From Candidatus Nanopelagicaceae bacterium (GTDB taxonomy: Bacteria; Actinomycetota; Actinomycetes; Nanopelagicales; Nanopelagicaceae): a stretch of 62,973 nucleotides of DNA. How positions within the stretch are numbered: the first letter of the stretch is position 1; every line of letters begins with the position of its first letter. The stretch spans positions 1-62,973 of the forward strand of contig DASVIG010000045.1 in assembly GCA_036382195.1 (NCBI GenBank). The letters run 5' to 3'. The notes under the pieces were generated by a model. It was not told the origin of the DNA and made no database searches. It saw only the letters and a program-made list of their open reading frames with translations. The translations under genes and the position numbers were made by a program. Below, piece by piece: positions 50,950-60,619 of this stretch.

Positions 50950-52172
50950 CGACGATTCAGTAGCCGGACATGTTTAGGCGAGAGTTCATCCAATGATCGA
51001 ACACCCAGAAGTTTCATATTCCGAATCATCTGACCGCGCAAAATCTCCAGAGCGCGTTCGACCCCATCCTGTCCTCCCGCCATCAGACCATACAAATAAG
51101 CCCGCCCCACATAGGTAAATTGCGCACCTAGTGCAATCGCCGCAAGGACATCTGCTCCGTGCATGATCCCGGTGTCGATATGGATTTCGTACTCTTTCCT
51201 AAATTCACTTTTAATTTCCGCAAGGAGGTGGAGAGGTACTGCCGCGCGATCTATCTGCCGACCACCATGATTGGAGAGGATGATGGCATCTGCTCCAAGT
51301 TCGGCCGCCTTTTTTCCATCTTCCAGATTTTGAATTCCCTTGACGGTAAGGGTTCCATGCCACTGTTCCCGAATCCATTTGAGATCCTCAAAAGTCATCG
51401 TGGGGTCGAACATGTAATCTAAAAGTTCAGCCACTGTGCCAGGCCAGTTTGACAGTGATACAAATGAAATTGGAGGGGTTGTCAGGAAATTGATCCACCA
51501 GCCGGGGCGGGGAAGGGCATTGATCAATGTTCTAGCGGTCAGTTGCGGCGGGACCGTGAGTCCGTTCCGCGAATCTCGCAGACGGGCACCGGAAGCTGGA
51601 ACATCGACGGTGAGAAGCAAATTCTTTACCCCGGCTTTTTGAGCGCGCTCGACCAGCGCCATACTGCCTTCGCGGTCTTTCCACATATAGAGCTGAAACC
51701 AGTTCACTCCATTAGGAGCCGCAGCCACCACGTCTTCGATGGAGGTCGTGCCAAGGGTTGATAATGAAAACGGGATTCCATATTTCTGTGCAGCGCGAGC
51801 GCCGGCAATCTCGCCTTCGCTCTGCATCATCCGGGCAAATCCTGTGGGTGCAATACCCATTGGCATCGCGAAAGTTTCACCGAGGGTGCGCTGAGTTAAA
51901 TCAACGTCGGACACATTGCGGAGAATGCTGGGGATAAATTCGATATCGCGATATGCCTGTCGGGCTCTCTCCAAACTGGTTTCACTCTCCGCCGACCCGT
52001 CGGTGTAGTCAAAGGGACCTTTCGGTGTCCGCCGCTTCGCGATCTCGCGCAGGTCCCAGATGGTCAGGGCTTTCGCCAGCCGGGCCCGTTTCCGATTGAA
52101 TGAGGGAGCCTTAAATTTCAGGAGGGACTTGAGTTCTCGCAGCCGCGGAAACTGACGTTGGATGTTCTTCAC
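50946..52172 (-). CDS. lldD: FMN-dependent alpha-hydroxy-acid dehydrogenase (L-lactate dehydrogenase LldD2-like)
   Basis: SNHGGRQ active-site motif and PFSLSTLGTTS. The N-terminal extension resembles mycobacterial LldD2. Confidence 0.85.
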   Translation of the reverse strand: MKNIQRQFPRLRELKSLLKFKAPSFNRKRARLAKALTIWDLREIAKRRTPKGPFDYTDGSAESETSLERARQAYRDIEFIPSILRNVSDVDLTQRTLGETFAMPMGIAPTGFARMMQSEGEIAGARAAQKYGIPFSLSTLGTTSIEDVVAAAPNGVNWFQLYMWKDREGSMALVERAQKAGVKNLLLTVDVPASGARLRDSRNGLTVPPQLTARTLINALPRPGWWINFLTTPPISFVSLSNWPGTVAELLDYMFDPTMTFEDLKWIREQWHGTLTVKGIQNLEDGKKAAELGADAIILSNHGGRQIDRAAVPLHLLAEIKSEFRKEYEIHIDTGIMHGADVLAAIALGAQFTYVGRAYLYGLMAGGQDGVERALEILRGQMIRNMKLLGVRSLDELSPKHVRLLNRR

Positions 52173-52295
52173 GGGCCTCCCTAGTTAAAAGGTACGAGGG
52201 TTGAAGTCTAAGTAGGAGGGCGCCCTTGCGGGACGTTCAATCGATGCCCGTCCTAGGAATAAATCGGGTCTGCCCCCCGTTACCTGAGTGGGAAC

Positions 52296-52316
52296 CTTGA
52301 GTCAACCCGACTCAAT
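52296..52316. promoter_or_regulatory. HspR operator (HAIR inverted repeat) upstream of dnaK
   Basis: CTTGAGT-CAACCCG-ACTCAAT compared with the HAIR consensus CTTGAGT-N7-ACTCAAG. TTGACA lies at 52320-52325 just downstream. hspR is encoded at the end of the operon. Confidence 0.8.
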
Positions 52317-52390
52317 CTTTTGACAAGATGCGACGCAAGGTTGAAAATATGACCAGTGGTCCAGTACCGGACCAGAGATGGAGCATGACA

Positions 52391-54217
52391 ATGTCAAGAG
52401 CAGTTGGAATCGACCTGGGAACCACCAATAGTTGCGTATCAGTACTTGAAGGTGGTGAGCCCACGGTTATCGCCAACGCAGAAGGTTCCCGCACCACTCC
52501 TTCGATCGTGGCTTTTGCCAAGAACGGCGAAGTCCTAGTCGGCGAAGTGGCTAAACGGCAGTCCGTCACCAACGTAGAGCGCACGATCCGGTCGGTTAAG
52601 CGTCATATGGGTACCGATTGGACCATCGATATCGATGGGAAAAAATACAATTCACAGGAAATTAGCGCCCGGATTCTTCAGAAACTCAAGCGCGATGCAG
52701 AGGCTTACCTTGGCGAGACCGTCACCGATGCGGTCGTAACCGTTCCGGCATATTTCAATGACGCCCAGCGCCAGGCGACCAAGGAAGCTGGCGAAATCGC
52801 CGGTCTCAATGTCCTGCGCATCATCAACGAGCCAACTGCCGCAGCGCTCGCTTATGGCCTGGACAAGGGCGATAAGGAACATACGATCCTGGTCTTCGAC
52901 CTGGGTGGTGGAACATTCGACGTCTCCGTTCTGGAAATCGGCGACGGTGTTGTGGAAGTAAAGGCAACCAACGGTGACAACCACTTAGGTGGCGATGACT
53001 GGGATCAAGTTCTGGTTGATTACGTTGTTAAGACTTTCGGTTCTAAAAACGGAATTGATTTAACCAAAGACAAGATGGCGATGCAGCGTATCCGCGAGGC
53101 CGCTGAAAAGGCGAAAATCGAACTCTCTGCTTCAGCGCAGACATCGATTCACTTGCCTTACATCACGGTGGACGCAGAGAAGAACCCACTTTTCTTGGAT
53201 GAAACAATCACGCGCGCGCAGTTTGAGTCACTCACCTCTGCTCTGCTCGAGCGTTGCAAGAAGCCATTCCAATCCGTCTTGAAGGATGCAGGAATTCCGG
53301 TTGCGGATATTCATAACGTCGTGCTTGTCGGTGGATCAACGCGTATGCCTGCGGTCCTCGAACTCGTCCGCGAGTTAACTGGCGGACGCGAACCCAATAA
53401 GGGTGTTAACCCGGATGAGGTTGTCGCAGTTGGTGCTTGTCTGCAAGCTGGTGTCTTGAAGGGAGAAGTCAAAGACATTCTTCTGCTGGATGTCACGCCG
53501 CTATCACTTGGGATCGAAACCAAGGGCGGCGTCATGACCAGGTTGATCGAGCGCAACACCACCATCCCGACCAAGCGGAGCGAAATTTTCACCACCGCTG
53601 ATGACAATCAACCAGCGGTGCAGATTCAGGCCTACCAAGGCGAGCGCGAGATGGCGGCCTATAACAAGAAACTCGGTATGTTCGAGCTCACTGGATTGCC
53701 ACCAGCACCACGCGGAATTCCGCAGATCGAAGTCTCCTTCGATATTGACGCCAACGGCATTGTGCACGTATCGGCGAAAGATCTCGGCACCGGTAAAGAG
53801 CAGAGCATGACCGTCACTGGTGGTTCTTCACTTTCCAAGGATGAGATCGATCGAATGATGAAGGACGCCGAAGCTCACGCTGAAGATGATCGCAAACGGA
53901 AAGAAGAGGCCGAGATCCGCAACACCGGAGATTCCCTGATGTATCAGACAGAGAAGTTCCTAGCTGAAAATGGTGAGAAGCTCAATGAGGGTGAGACGGC
54001 AACGAAGAAAGCAGAGACTGAGGCAGCACTGGCTGAACTCAAGACTGCACTCGGTGGTGCCAACTTCGAGATGATCAAGACTCTGACAGAGAAAGTCTCC
54101 ACTCTTAGCCAAGCATTGGGTTCGGCTCTTTATGCCGCTAATGCCGCTGCATCGCAACCAGCGGGAGAGAGTTCCAATGAAGAGGGCGTTCAAGACGCAG
54201 AGATTGTAGAAGAGTAA
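52391..54217 (+). CDS. dnaK: Molecular chaperone DnaK (Hsp70)
   Basis: [15 protein letters not shown]-terminus and DLGGGTFD. The ATG at 52391 follows GGAG by 7 nt; the ORF opens at 52328. Confidence 0.97.
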   Translation: MSRAVGIDLGTTNSCVSVLEGGEPTVIANAEGSRTTPSIVAFAKNGEVLVGEVAKRQSVTNVERTIRSVKRHMGTDWTIDIDGKKYNSQEISARILQKLKRDAEAYLGETVTDAVVTVPAYFNDAQRQATKEAGEIAGLNVLRIINEPTAAALAYGLDKGDKEHTILVFDLGGGTFDVSVLEIGDGVVEVKATNGDNHLGGDDWDQVLVDYVVKTFGSKNGIDLTKDKMAMQRIREAAEKAKIELSASAQTSIHLPYITVDAEKNPLFLDETITRAQFESLTSALLERCKKPFQSVLKDAGIPVADIHNVVLVGGSTRMPAVLELVRELTGGREPNKGVNPDEVVAVGACLQAGVLKGEVKDILLLDVTPLSLGIETKGGVMTRLIERNTTIPTKRSEIFTTADDNQPAVQIQAYQGEREMAAYNKKLGMFELTGLPPAPRGIPQIEVSFDIDANGIVHVSAKDLGTGKEQSMTVTGGSSLSKDEIDRMMKDAEAHAEDDRKRKEEAEIRNTGDSLMYQTEKFLAENGEKLNEGETATKKAETEAALAELKTALGGANFEMIKTLTEKVSTLSQALGSALYAANAAASQPAGESSNEEGVQDAEIVEE

Positions 54218-54688
54218 ATGGAAGAGTCCATCGACTCAGTGCCGGACGCGGAAGATGTGCAGAGTGAGGCGGTCGAGAATCATCTCGCCGCCCTCACCTC
54301 AGATCTTCAACGAATCCAGGCTGAGTACTCGAATTATCGAAAACGTGTAGATCGCGACCGCGCGTTGACCGATGAGTTAGCAGTCGGCTCGGTTCTTGCA
54401 GCCCTCGTACCTATTCTGGACGATGTTGATCGTGCGCAAGAACATGGTGAGTTGCAGGGGGGATTCAAAGCGATCGCCGATAAGTTGACCAAGGTGACAA
54501 GCAAATTCGGTCTTCACAAATACGGTGAAGCGGGCGATCTTTTCAACCCGCAGGTACATGAAGCGCTGCTGCATTCAACCTCTGCAGAAGTTTCCGAATC
54601 GACTGCCACAGCAATTTTGCAACCTGGTTACAAATATAAAAATCACATCCTGCGCCCTGCTCAAGTCGCTGTAACCGATCCGGAGTAG
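54218..54688 (+). CDS. grpE: Nucleotide exchange factor GrpE
   Basis: Follows the dnaK stop immediately and carries the YRKRVDRD coiled-coil motif. Confidence 0.92.
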   Translation: MEESIDSVPDAEDVQSEAVENHLAALTSDLQRIQAEYSNYRKRVDRDRALTDELAVGSVLAALVPILDDVDRAQEHGELQGGFKAIADKLTKVTSKFGLHKYGEAGDLFNPQVHEALLHSTSAEVSESTATAILQPGYKYKNHILRPAQVAVTDPE

Positions 54689-54691
54689 ACG

Positions 54692-55615
54692 ATGGCAGCC
54701 AAGGATCTATATGAGAAGGACTTCTACAAGATCCTTGGCGTGGATAAAACCGCGAGTGCAAGTGAGATAAAGAAGAAGTACCGCACACTTGCTCGCGAAT
54801 TGCATCCGGATAAAAACAAAGGCGATAAGAAATTAGAGGAGCAATTTAAGGCGGTATCTGAGGCCTACGATATTTTGTCCGATGATAAAACGCGGAAAGA
54901 ATATGACGAGGCGCGTTCTCTTTTTGCCGGTGGCGGATTCCGTTCGCCACAAGGCGGAGGCAGCCGTGGTCCTAGCCGGGGCGGGGATATCTTCGACGAT
55001 TATGGGGGCGGAACCCAGGACATTTTCGCTAACCTCTTTGGTGGCCGTCGCGGTCCGCGTAAGGGTCAGGATCTCGAGACGGAATCCACGATTACTTTCC
55101 GAGAATCCGTGCTTGGCACGACCTTGGATCTGCGTCTAGCCATTGACGGCGGTTCGCCGCAGAACATCACGGCGCGAGTCCCTGCCGGTGTGCAGGATGG
55201 GACCAAGATTCGGCTCAAAGGCAAGGGGGGACCAGGAGAGGCCGGCCCGGGGGATCTCTTTATCCATCTTCACGTGAAGCCCCATCCGATCTTCGCCCGA
55301 ACAGGCGAGAACATCACCATGGTCCTGCCGGTCACCTTTGCAGAGGCAACCCTGGGCGCTGATGTTTTAGTACCCACCTTCTCGGATGAAGAAGTTCTTC
55401 TCCGTCTTCCTCCTGGTACCCCGAATAGGCGCGTTCTGCGGATCAAGGGCCGGGGGATCCATAAGGGGAATGTGGTCGGTGACCTACTGGTTACCGTGGA
55501 AATTCAAGTTCCGCGCCATGTCAACGCCAAAGCCCAGAAGGCTCTGGAAGATTTTGCTGAAGCGACATCTGCCGAAGATGTCCGAGTTGATCTTAAATCG
55601 AGAGCTCACTCATGA
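54692..55615 (+). CDS. dnaJ: J-domain co-chaperone (DnaJ/CbpA-like, class B: no Cys-rich zinc-finger domain)
   Basis: A J-domain with HPDKN and a G/F-rich region are present. The 307-aa translation contains no cysteine at all. Confidence 0.88.
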   Translation: MAAKDLYEKDFYKILGVDKTASASEIKKKYRTLARELHPDKNKGDKKLEEQFKAVSEAYDILSDDKTRKEYDEARSLFAGGGFRSPQGGGSRGPSRGGDIFDDYGGGTQDIFANLFGGRRGPRKGQDLETESTITFRESVLGTTLDLRLAIDGGSPQNITARVPAGVQDGTKIRLKGKGGPGEAGPGDLFIHLHVKPHPIFARTGENITMVLPVTFAEATLGADVLVPTFSDEEVLLRLPPGTPNRRVLRIKGRGIHKGNVVGDLLVTVEIQVPRHVNAKAQKALEDFAEATSAEDVRVDLKSRAHS

Positions 55616-56007
55616 GCGATGTAAATGCCCAGGGCAATGCCGAACATAACGAGGAAGCGGCTGTCTATGTAATTTCGGTCGCTGCCGAACTCTCCGGATT
55701 GCATCCACAGACTCTGCGGCAGTACGACCGCCTGGGTTTGGTTTCACCTGGTCGGGCAAGTGGTCGGGGGCGACGGTACTCCTTAAGAGATATTGCAACC
55801 TTACGCAATATCCAGCGTTTAGTCGGTGAAGGCATCAACCATGCTGGCATCAAGCGGATTATCGAACTGGAATCTGCGGTTGCGAACATTGCCTTGGAAG
55901 TCGCGAAATTGCGGATAGAGGTCGATGCCCTGTTAGAGATCAAACATCCGAAATCACTGGCACATCGCAAGTCGGCGCCGATGCTTATTTACAAGCAGGA
56001 TCAGTAA
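55612..56007 (+). CDS. hspR: MerR-family heat-shock repressor HspR
   Basis: N-terminal MerR HTH (YVISVAAELSGLHPQTLRQYDRLGL). It is the last gene of the dnaK operon, with an ATGA overlap with dnaJ. Confidence 0.9.
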   Translation: MSDVNAQGNAEHNEEAAVYVISVAAELSGLHPQTLRQYDRLGLVSPGRASGRGRRYSLRDIATLRNIQRLVGEGINHAGIKRIIELESAVANIALEVAKLRIEVDALLEIKHPKSLAHRKSAPMLIYKQDQ

Positions 56008-56041
56008 GCGCGGAAATAGTCTCCAAAGGTATGCTCAAACC

Positions 56042-56575
56042 ATGAATGCACGGGAGCAATTGAAAGAGCAGATCATCAAGAAAGCCGTTGTCCATGGCAA
56101 AGTCATTCTCTCATCGGGCAAGGAAGCGGACTACTACGTTGATCTGCGGCGCATAACTTTGGATGCAGAAGCTGCGCCACTTGTTGGTGACGTGATGCGC
56201 GAATTAACCAAAGACTGGGATTACCAAGCAGTTGGTGGTCTCACTCTTGGTGCCGATCCTGTGGCTTACGCGATGATGCATGCTGCCGCAAAATACGGGA
56301 AAAAAATTGATGCCTTCGTTGTGCGCAAAGCAGAGAAGCAACATGGATTGCAGCGCAGGATTGAGGGACCCGATGTCAAGGGCCGCCGTGTTCTAGCGGT
56401 TGAAGATACTTCCACGACGGGTGGCTCTGTCCTGACTGCGGTTGAAGCTTTGCGCGAAGCTGGTGCAATTGTCGTCGGCGTGGCAGTGATTGTGGAACGC
56501 GGAGCAAAGGCAGCAATCGAAAATGCCGGTTTGGAATATCGCACCGCTTACTCGTTGGCAGAACTAGGATTATAA
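56042..56575 (+). CDS. pyrE: Orotate phosphoribosyltransferase
   Basis: PRPP-binding motif VLAVEDTSTTGGS. Confidence 0.92.
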   Translation: MNAREQLKEQIIKKAVVHGKVILSSGKEADYYVDLRRITLDAEAAPLVGDVMRELTKDWDYQAVGGLTLGADPVAYAMMHAAAKYGKKIDAFVVRKAEKQHGLQRRIEGPDVKGRRVLAVEDTSTTGGSVLTAVEALREAGAIVVGVAVIVERGAKAAIENAGLEYRTAYSLAELGL

Positions 56576-56577
56576 AG

Positions 56578-57543
56578 ATGGCAATTCCACAGCGCGCACT
56601 CGGCCCATGGCGAGTTTCGGCAATGGGGTTGGGTTGCATGCAGCTCTCTGGCATGACGCACACACGGGCGGCAATCCTGGACGATCGCCCAGGTGCCATT
56701 GCGGTTGTGCATGCTGCTTTGGATGCAGGTATCACTCTCTTGGATACGGCGGATATTTACGCACCTAGTTGGGACACATTTGGACATAATGAAGAATTAG
56801 TTGCCGACGCTTTCGCATCATGGTCGGGCTCTCCCGAAGCAAAATCCAAAGTTGTGATCGCGACCAAAGGCGGCATCACCCGCGGCCCAAACGAGAGTTG
56901 GGGCCGCTCATCCTCTCTGGATTATTTGCTTAAGGCAGCCGAGTCCTCTGCTGCGCGTCTGGGCGTAAGCAAAATCCAACTCTGGCAGCACCATCGATTG
57001 GATCCAACAATTGCCTTCGAGACGCAATTTGAAAATGTATTGGTCCTTCAAGAGCGCGGCCTGGTCGAGAGAATCGGCGTGAGCAATTACAGCGCCGAGC
57101 AGTTGCAGCGTGCTATCCAGATCGCCGGCACGCCTGCGCAAGGTGGAATCGTCTCCATTCAAAATCAATTCAGCCCGCGTTACCGTCGCGATAGCGATGT
57201 ATTTGATCTCTGCCAAAAATATGGAATCGCTTTTCTTCCGTGGTCGCCTCTGGGCAGCATCGGTCACGCCAAGGCTCTGGTCGGTGGAGAGTTTGGTGCC
57301 TTTGACGAAGTCGGCGCAGGAAAAGGAATCTCTGCCTATGCAACTGCGATCGCCTGGTTGTTGCATCGTTCGCTGATGATGATCCCGATCCCGGGTGCTA
57401 CCCGGATTCAATCGGTCCAGGACAATCTCACGGGCGTTTCAGTTGCGCTCTCAATTGCGGAGATGGCCAGGCTCAATGAAAGTTTGCCGGAGGATTTACC
57501 CCTGGATGGCGAGTTGGTAGAACAACCACCGTTTAGGGATTGA
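56578..57543 (+). CDS. Aldo/keto reductase
   Basis: AKR fold signatures (GLGCMQLSG, LDTADIY, SIQNQFSP). Confidence 0.85.
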   Translation: MAIPQRALGPWRVSAMGLGCMQLSGMTHTRAAILDDRPGAIAVVHAALDAGITLLDTADIYAPSWDTFGHNEELVADAFASWSGSPEAKSKVVIATKGGITRGPNESWGRSSSLDYLLKAAESSAARLGVSKIQLWQHHRLDPTIAFETQFENVLVLQERGLVERIGVSNYSAEQLQRAIQIAGTPAQGGIVSIQNQFSPRYRRDSDVFDLCQKYGIAFLPWSPLGSIGHAKALVGGEFGAFDEVGAGKGISAYATAIAWLLHRSLMMIPIPGATRIQSVQDNLTGVSVALSIAEMARLNESLPEDLPLDGELVEQPPFRD

Positions 57544-58179
57544 CTAACTCAAGTGACGCTTGGTCCTAACCTCGCGCATTATTTCTAGAGCCAGCGGCAT
57601 CAGACTCAAGAGAACGATCACCGCAATCACCGGGAGAATGTATTTATCGATGGAGCCTTTGAGTCTTTCTCCAAGGAGGTAACCCAGTAGGACCACGCCG
57701 TCGCTCCAGAGAATTCCACCGACGACATTCCAGAGAAAGAACTTTCCGGCAGGAACCCGTGCGATTCCACAGAGCGGGTTGATCAGCGTCCGGACAAAGG
57801 GAACGTAGCGAGCCAGGACGATTGCGCGCCCGGGGCCGTATTTTTTCAGCCACTTCTCGGTGGATTGCACCCGTGCCTGTGTGAAGAAGCGACCGTCGGG
57901 GCGGTTGAAGAGAGGTCGGCCGAAACGGTGTCCGATGTAATGACCCAACTGCGAACCTAAAATTGTGGCAATGGGTGCGCCGATAAAGAGACCGACCACC
58001 GATATGTGCGCGCCCCAGAGTGTTGATGCGCTACCGGAAGCAGCGACTCCGGCAACAAAAAGGAGAGAGTCACCTGGAAAGACCAGCCCGACCAGCAACC
58101 CAGTCTCGGTAAAGAGGACACCCAGGACGCCTAGTAGTCCTAGGCCGGTAATGATGGATTTAGCGTCGAGCGGATTCAT
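57544..58179 (-). CDS. dedA: DedA family membrane protein
   Basis: FTETGLLVGLVFPGDSLLF and the SNARE-associated/DedA core. Confidence 0.85.
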   Translation of the reverse strand: MNPLDAKSIITGLGLLGVLGVLFTETGLLVGLVFPGDSLLFVAGVAASGSASTLWGAHISVVGLFIGAPIATILGSQLGHYIGHRFGRPLFNRPDGRFFTQARVQSTEKWLKKYGPGRAIVLARYVPFVRTLINPLCGIARVPAGKFFLWNVVGGILWSDGVVLLGYLLGERLKGSIDKYILPVIAVIVLLSLMPLALEIMREVRTKRHLS

Positions 58180-58284
58180 AGATATCCGACCTTAGTACCC
58201 CGTAATAGATAGGTACAGCCAGGGACGATTTGGGGTTAGGGGCGCCTGTATGCGTACACTCTCGGTCATCTTTGCCCTGCCTTT

Positions 58285-60588
58285 ATGGCCCTGATCTCCA
58301 ATGGAGGAGAAATGCGAGCTGTTAGCTCTCTCGTGCAAGTCACAGGAACCAACCTGACCTACGTTTATATCGTTCTTGCCATCTCACTCGCCGCCCTTGC
58401 GATCGCCTGGGCCCTACGCGCACAAGTCCTCGCCGCCGATGAAGGCACTGAGAAGATGCGCGAAATCGCCGCTGCGGTGCAGGAAGGCGCCGCCGCTTAC
58501 TTGGCCCGCCAATTTCGAACCCTCTCGTATTTCGTAGCCATCGTCTTCCTTCTCCTTTTCGCACTTCCAGGAGCAGCGGATATCCGTATCGGCCGTTCCA
58601 TCTTCTTCCTTATTGGTGCCTGCTTTAGTGCACTCGTTGGATACAACGGTATGTGGCTGGCGGTGCGCGCCAACGTCCGCGTCGCAGAAGCAGCTCGACA
58701 GAATTCTGCAGAAAAAGCGGTACGAATTGCATTCCGCACCGGTGGCGTAGTCGGTATGACGACGGTCGGCCTGGGACTTGTGGGCGCCTCAGTCGTCGTC
58801 ATCATTTATCGCGAGAACGCACCAGCGGTCCTGGAAGGTTTCGGTTTTGGAGCAGCAATGCTCGCCATGTTCATGCGCGTTGGCGGCGGTATCTTCACCA
58901 AGGCGGCAGATGTCGGAGCCGACCTGGTCGGAAAAGTCGAGAAGAATATTCCCGAAGATGATCCACGCAACGCCGCCACCATTGCCGACAATGTCGGTGA
59001 CAACGTGGGTGACTGTGCTGGTATGGCCGCCGACCTTTTCGAGTCATACGCCGTCACCCTTGTCGCAGCGTTGATCCTCGGCAAGGCAGGATTTGGTGAT
59101 TCGGGTCTTATCTATCCATTGATCGTTCCTGCTATCGGTACCGTTACAGCAGTTATCGGAATCTTCCTTACCAGGATGCGCAGTACAGATAAGAGTGCGA
59201 TGAGTTCGATCAACCGCTCGTTCTTCATATCTGCTGTCGTCAGCGCAGTCCTTACCGGTCTGGCTACTTTTGTTTATCTACCCAGTGACTTCAGCACACT
59301 TACTGGTCTCTCCGCCAATGCAGTTGCGGCCGCTGGCAATCTCAATCCACGGATCCTTGCTTTCGGCGCAGTGCTGATCGGCATCGTTCTGGCTGCAGCG
59401 ATTCAAGTTCTCACTGGCTTCTTTACCGCAGTCGGCAAGCGTCCAGTCAATGACGTTGCCGCTTCCTCACAGACCGGTGCAGCGACCGTGCTCTTGACGG
59501 GTATCTCGATCGGTTTTGAATCTGCTGTCTATTCAGCGATTTTGATCGCATCGGCAGTCTTCGGCGCCTTCCTCCTCGGTGGCGGCAACATCGTGCTCTC
59601 GCTCCTCGCAATTTCCTTGGCAGGTACTGGTTTATTGACCACCGTCGGGGTCATCGTCGCTATGGATACTTTCGGGCCCATCTCCGATAACGCTCAAGGC
59701 ATCGCTGAAATGTCAGGGGACGTCAAGGGTGAAGGCGCACAGATTCTCACCTCACTCGATGCCGTCGGTAACACCACCAAAGCAATTACCAAGGGCATTG
59801 CGATCGCAACTGCCGTGCTTGCAGCGACTGCGCTCTTTGGAGCGTTCACCGATGCAATCAAGAAGGCGGTGGAAGATGCCGGTCAGAATGCAGCCAATTT
59901 GGCTTCGCAGTTCCAAGGAATTCTCGATGTCGCTAATCCTCGCAACCTGGTAGGTCTGATCATCGGCGCCGCCGTTGTATTCCTCTTCTCCGGTCTGGCA
60001 ATCAACGCGGTCTCGCGCGCAGCAGGAGCAGTTGTTGTTGAAGTACGTAACCAATTCAAGATGCACCCTGGAATCATGGAAGGCACCGAAAAGCCAGAGT
60101 ACGGCCGCGTGGTAGATATCTGTACCCGCGACTCCCTACGCGAACTTGCAACCCCAGGACTCCTTGCAGTGATGGCGCCAATCGCAGTCGGTTTCGGTCT
60201 GGGTGTCGGTGCACTCGGTGCTTACCTTGCTGGCGCTATCGGAACTGGAACATTGATGGCCGTCTTCCTGGCTAACTCTGGTGGTGCATGGGATAACGCG
60301 AAGAAGATGATTGAAGATGGTAGTTACGGCGGAAAGGGATCTGATGCACATGCTGCAACGATCATCGGTGACACTGTCGGTGATCCATTCAAGGACACTG
60401 CCGGTCCGGCAATCAACCCATTGATCAAAGTTATGAACTTGGTGGGTCTGTTGATCACGCCGGCAATTGTCGGCATGGCTCTGGGCGGCCACTCCACTTC
60501 AAGTATCGGCATCGGACTTGCTGCCTTTGCCGTCATCGTCGGCGCCTTAATTCATAACCGTCGTAAATCCACCTACATTGAGTATTAA
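58285..60588 (+). CDS. hppA: Membrane-bound proton-translocating pyrophosphatase, K+-independent type
   Basis: DNVGDNVGD, GNTTKA and DTVGDPFKD motifs with about 16 TM helices. An alternative start is the ATG at 58312. Confidence 0.93.
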   Translation: MALISNGGEMRAVSSLVQVTGTNLTYVYIVLAISLAALAIAWALRAQVLAADEGTEKMREIAAAVQEGAAAYLARQFRTLSYFVAIVFLLLFALPGAADIRIGRSIFFLIGACFSALVGYNGMWLAVRANVRVAEAARQNSAEKAVRIAFRTGGVVGMTTVGLGLVGASVVVIIYRENAPAVLEGFGFGAAMLAMFMRVGGGIFTKAADVGADLVGKVEKNIPEDDPRNAATIADNVGDNVGDCAGMAADLFESYAVTLVAALILGKAGFGDSGLIYPLIVPAIGTVTAVIGIFLTRMRSTDKSAMSSINRSFFISAVVSAVLTGLATFVYLPSDFSTLTGLSANAVAAAGNLNPRILAFGAVLIGIVLAAAIQVLTGFFTAVGKRPVNDVAASSQTGAATVLLTGISIGFESAVYSAILIASAVFGAFLLGGGNIVLSLLAISLAGTGLLTTVGVIVAMDTFGPISDNAQGIAEMSGDVKGEGAQILTSLDAVGNTTKAITKGIAIATAVLAATALFGAFTDAIKKAVEDAGQNAANLASQFQGILDVANPRNLVGLIIGAAVVFLFSGLAINAVSRAAGAVVVEVRNQFKMHPGIMEGTEKPEYGRVVDICTRDSLRELATPGLLAVMAPIAVGFGLGVGALGAYLAGAIGTGTLMAVFLANSGGAWDNAKKMIEDGSYGGKGSDAHAATIIGDTVGDPFKDTAGPAINPLIKVMNLVGLLITPAIVGMALGGHSTSSIGIGLAAFAVIVGALIHNRRKSTYIEY

Positions 60589-60619
60589 GACTCGATAGCG
60601 GTAGTGAGGACTTTCCCCC

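Noticed and set aside
55269-55278. Additional CACGTG-centred partial palindromes considered as parS sites. They are TTCACGTGAA in dnaJ, TTCACGTGG near 49825, TTCCACGTG near 16125 and 32190, and TCACGTGAAA near 32265.
   Set aside because: Each matches only one half-site or has three or more mismatches to the 14-bp core GTTTCACGTGAAAC. All are inside coding sequence far from parAB and are likely chance occurrences.
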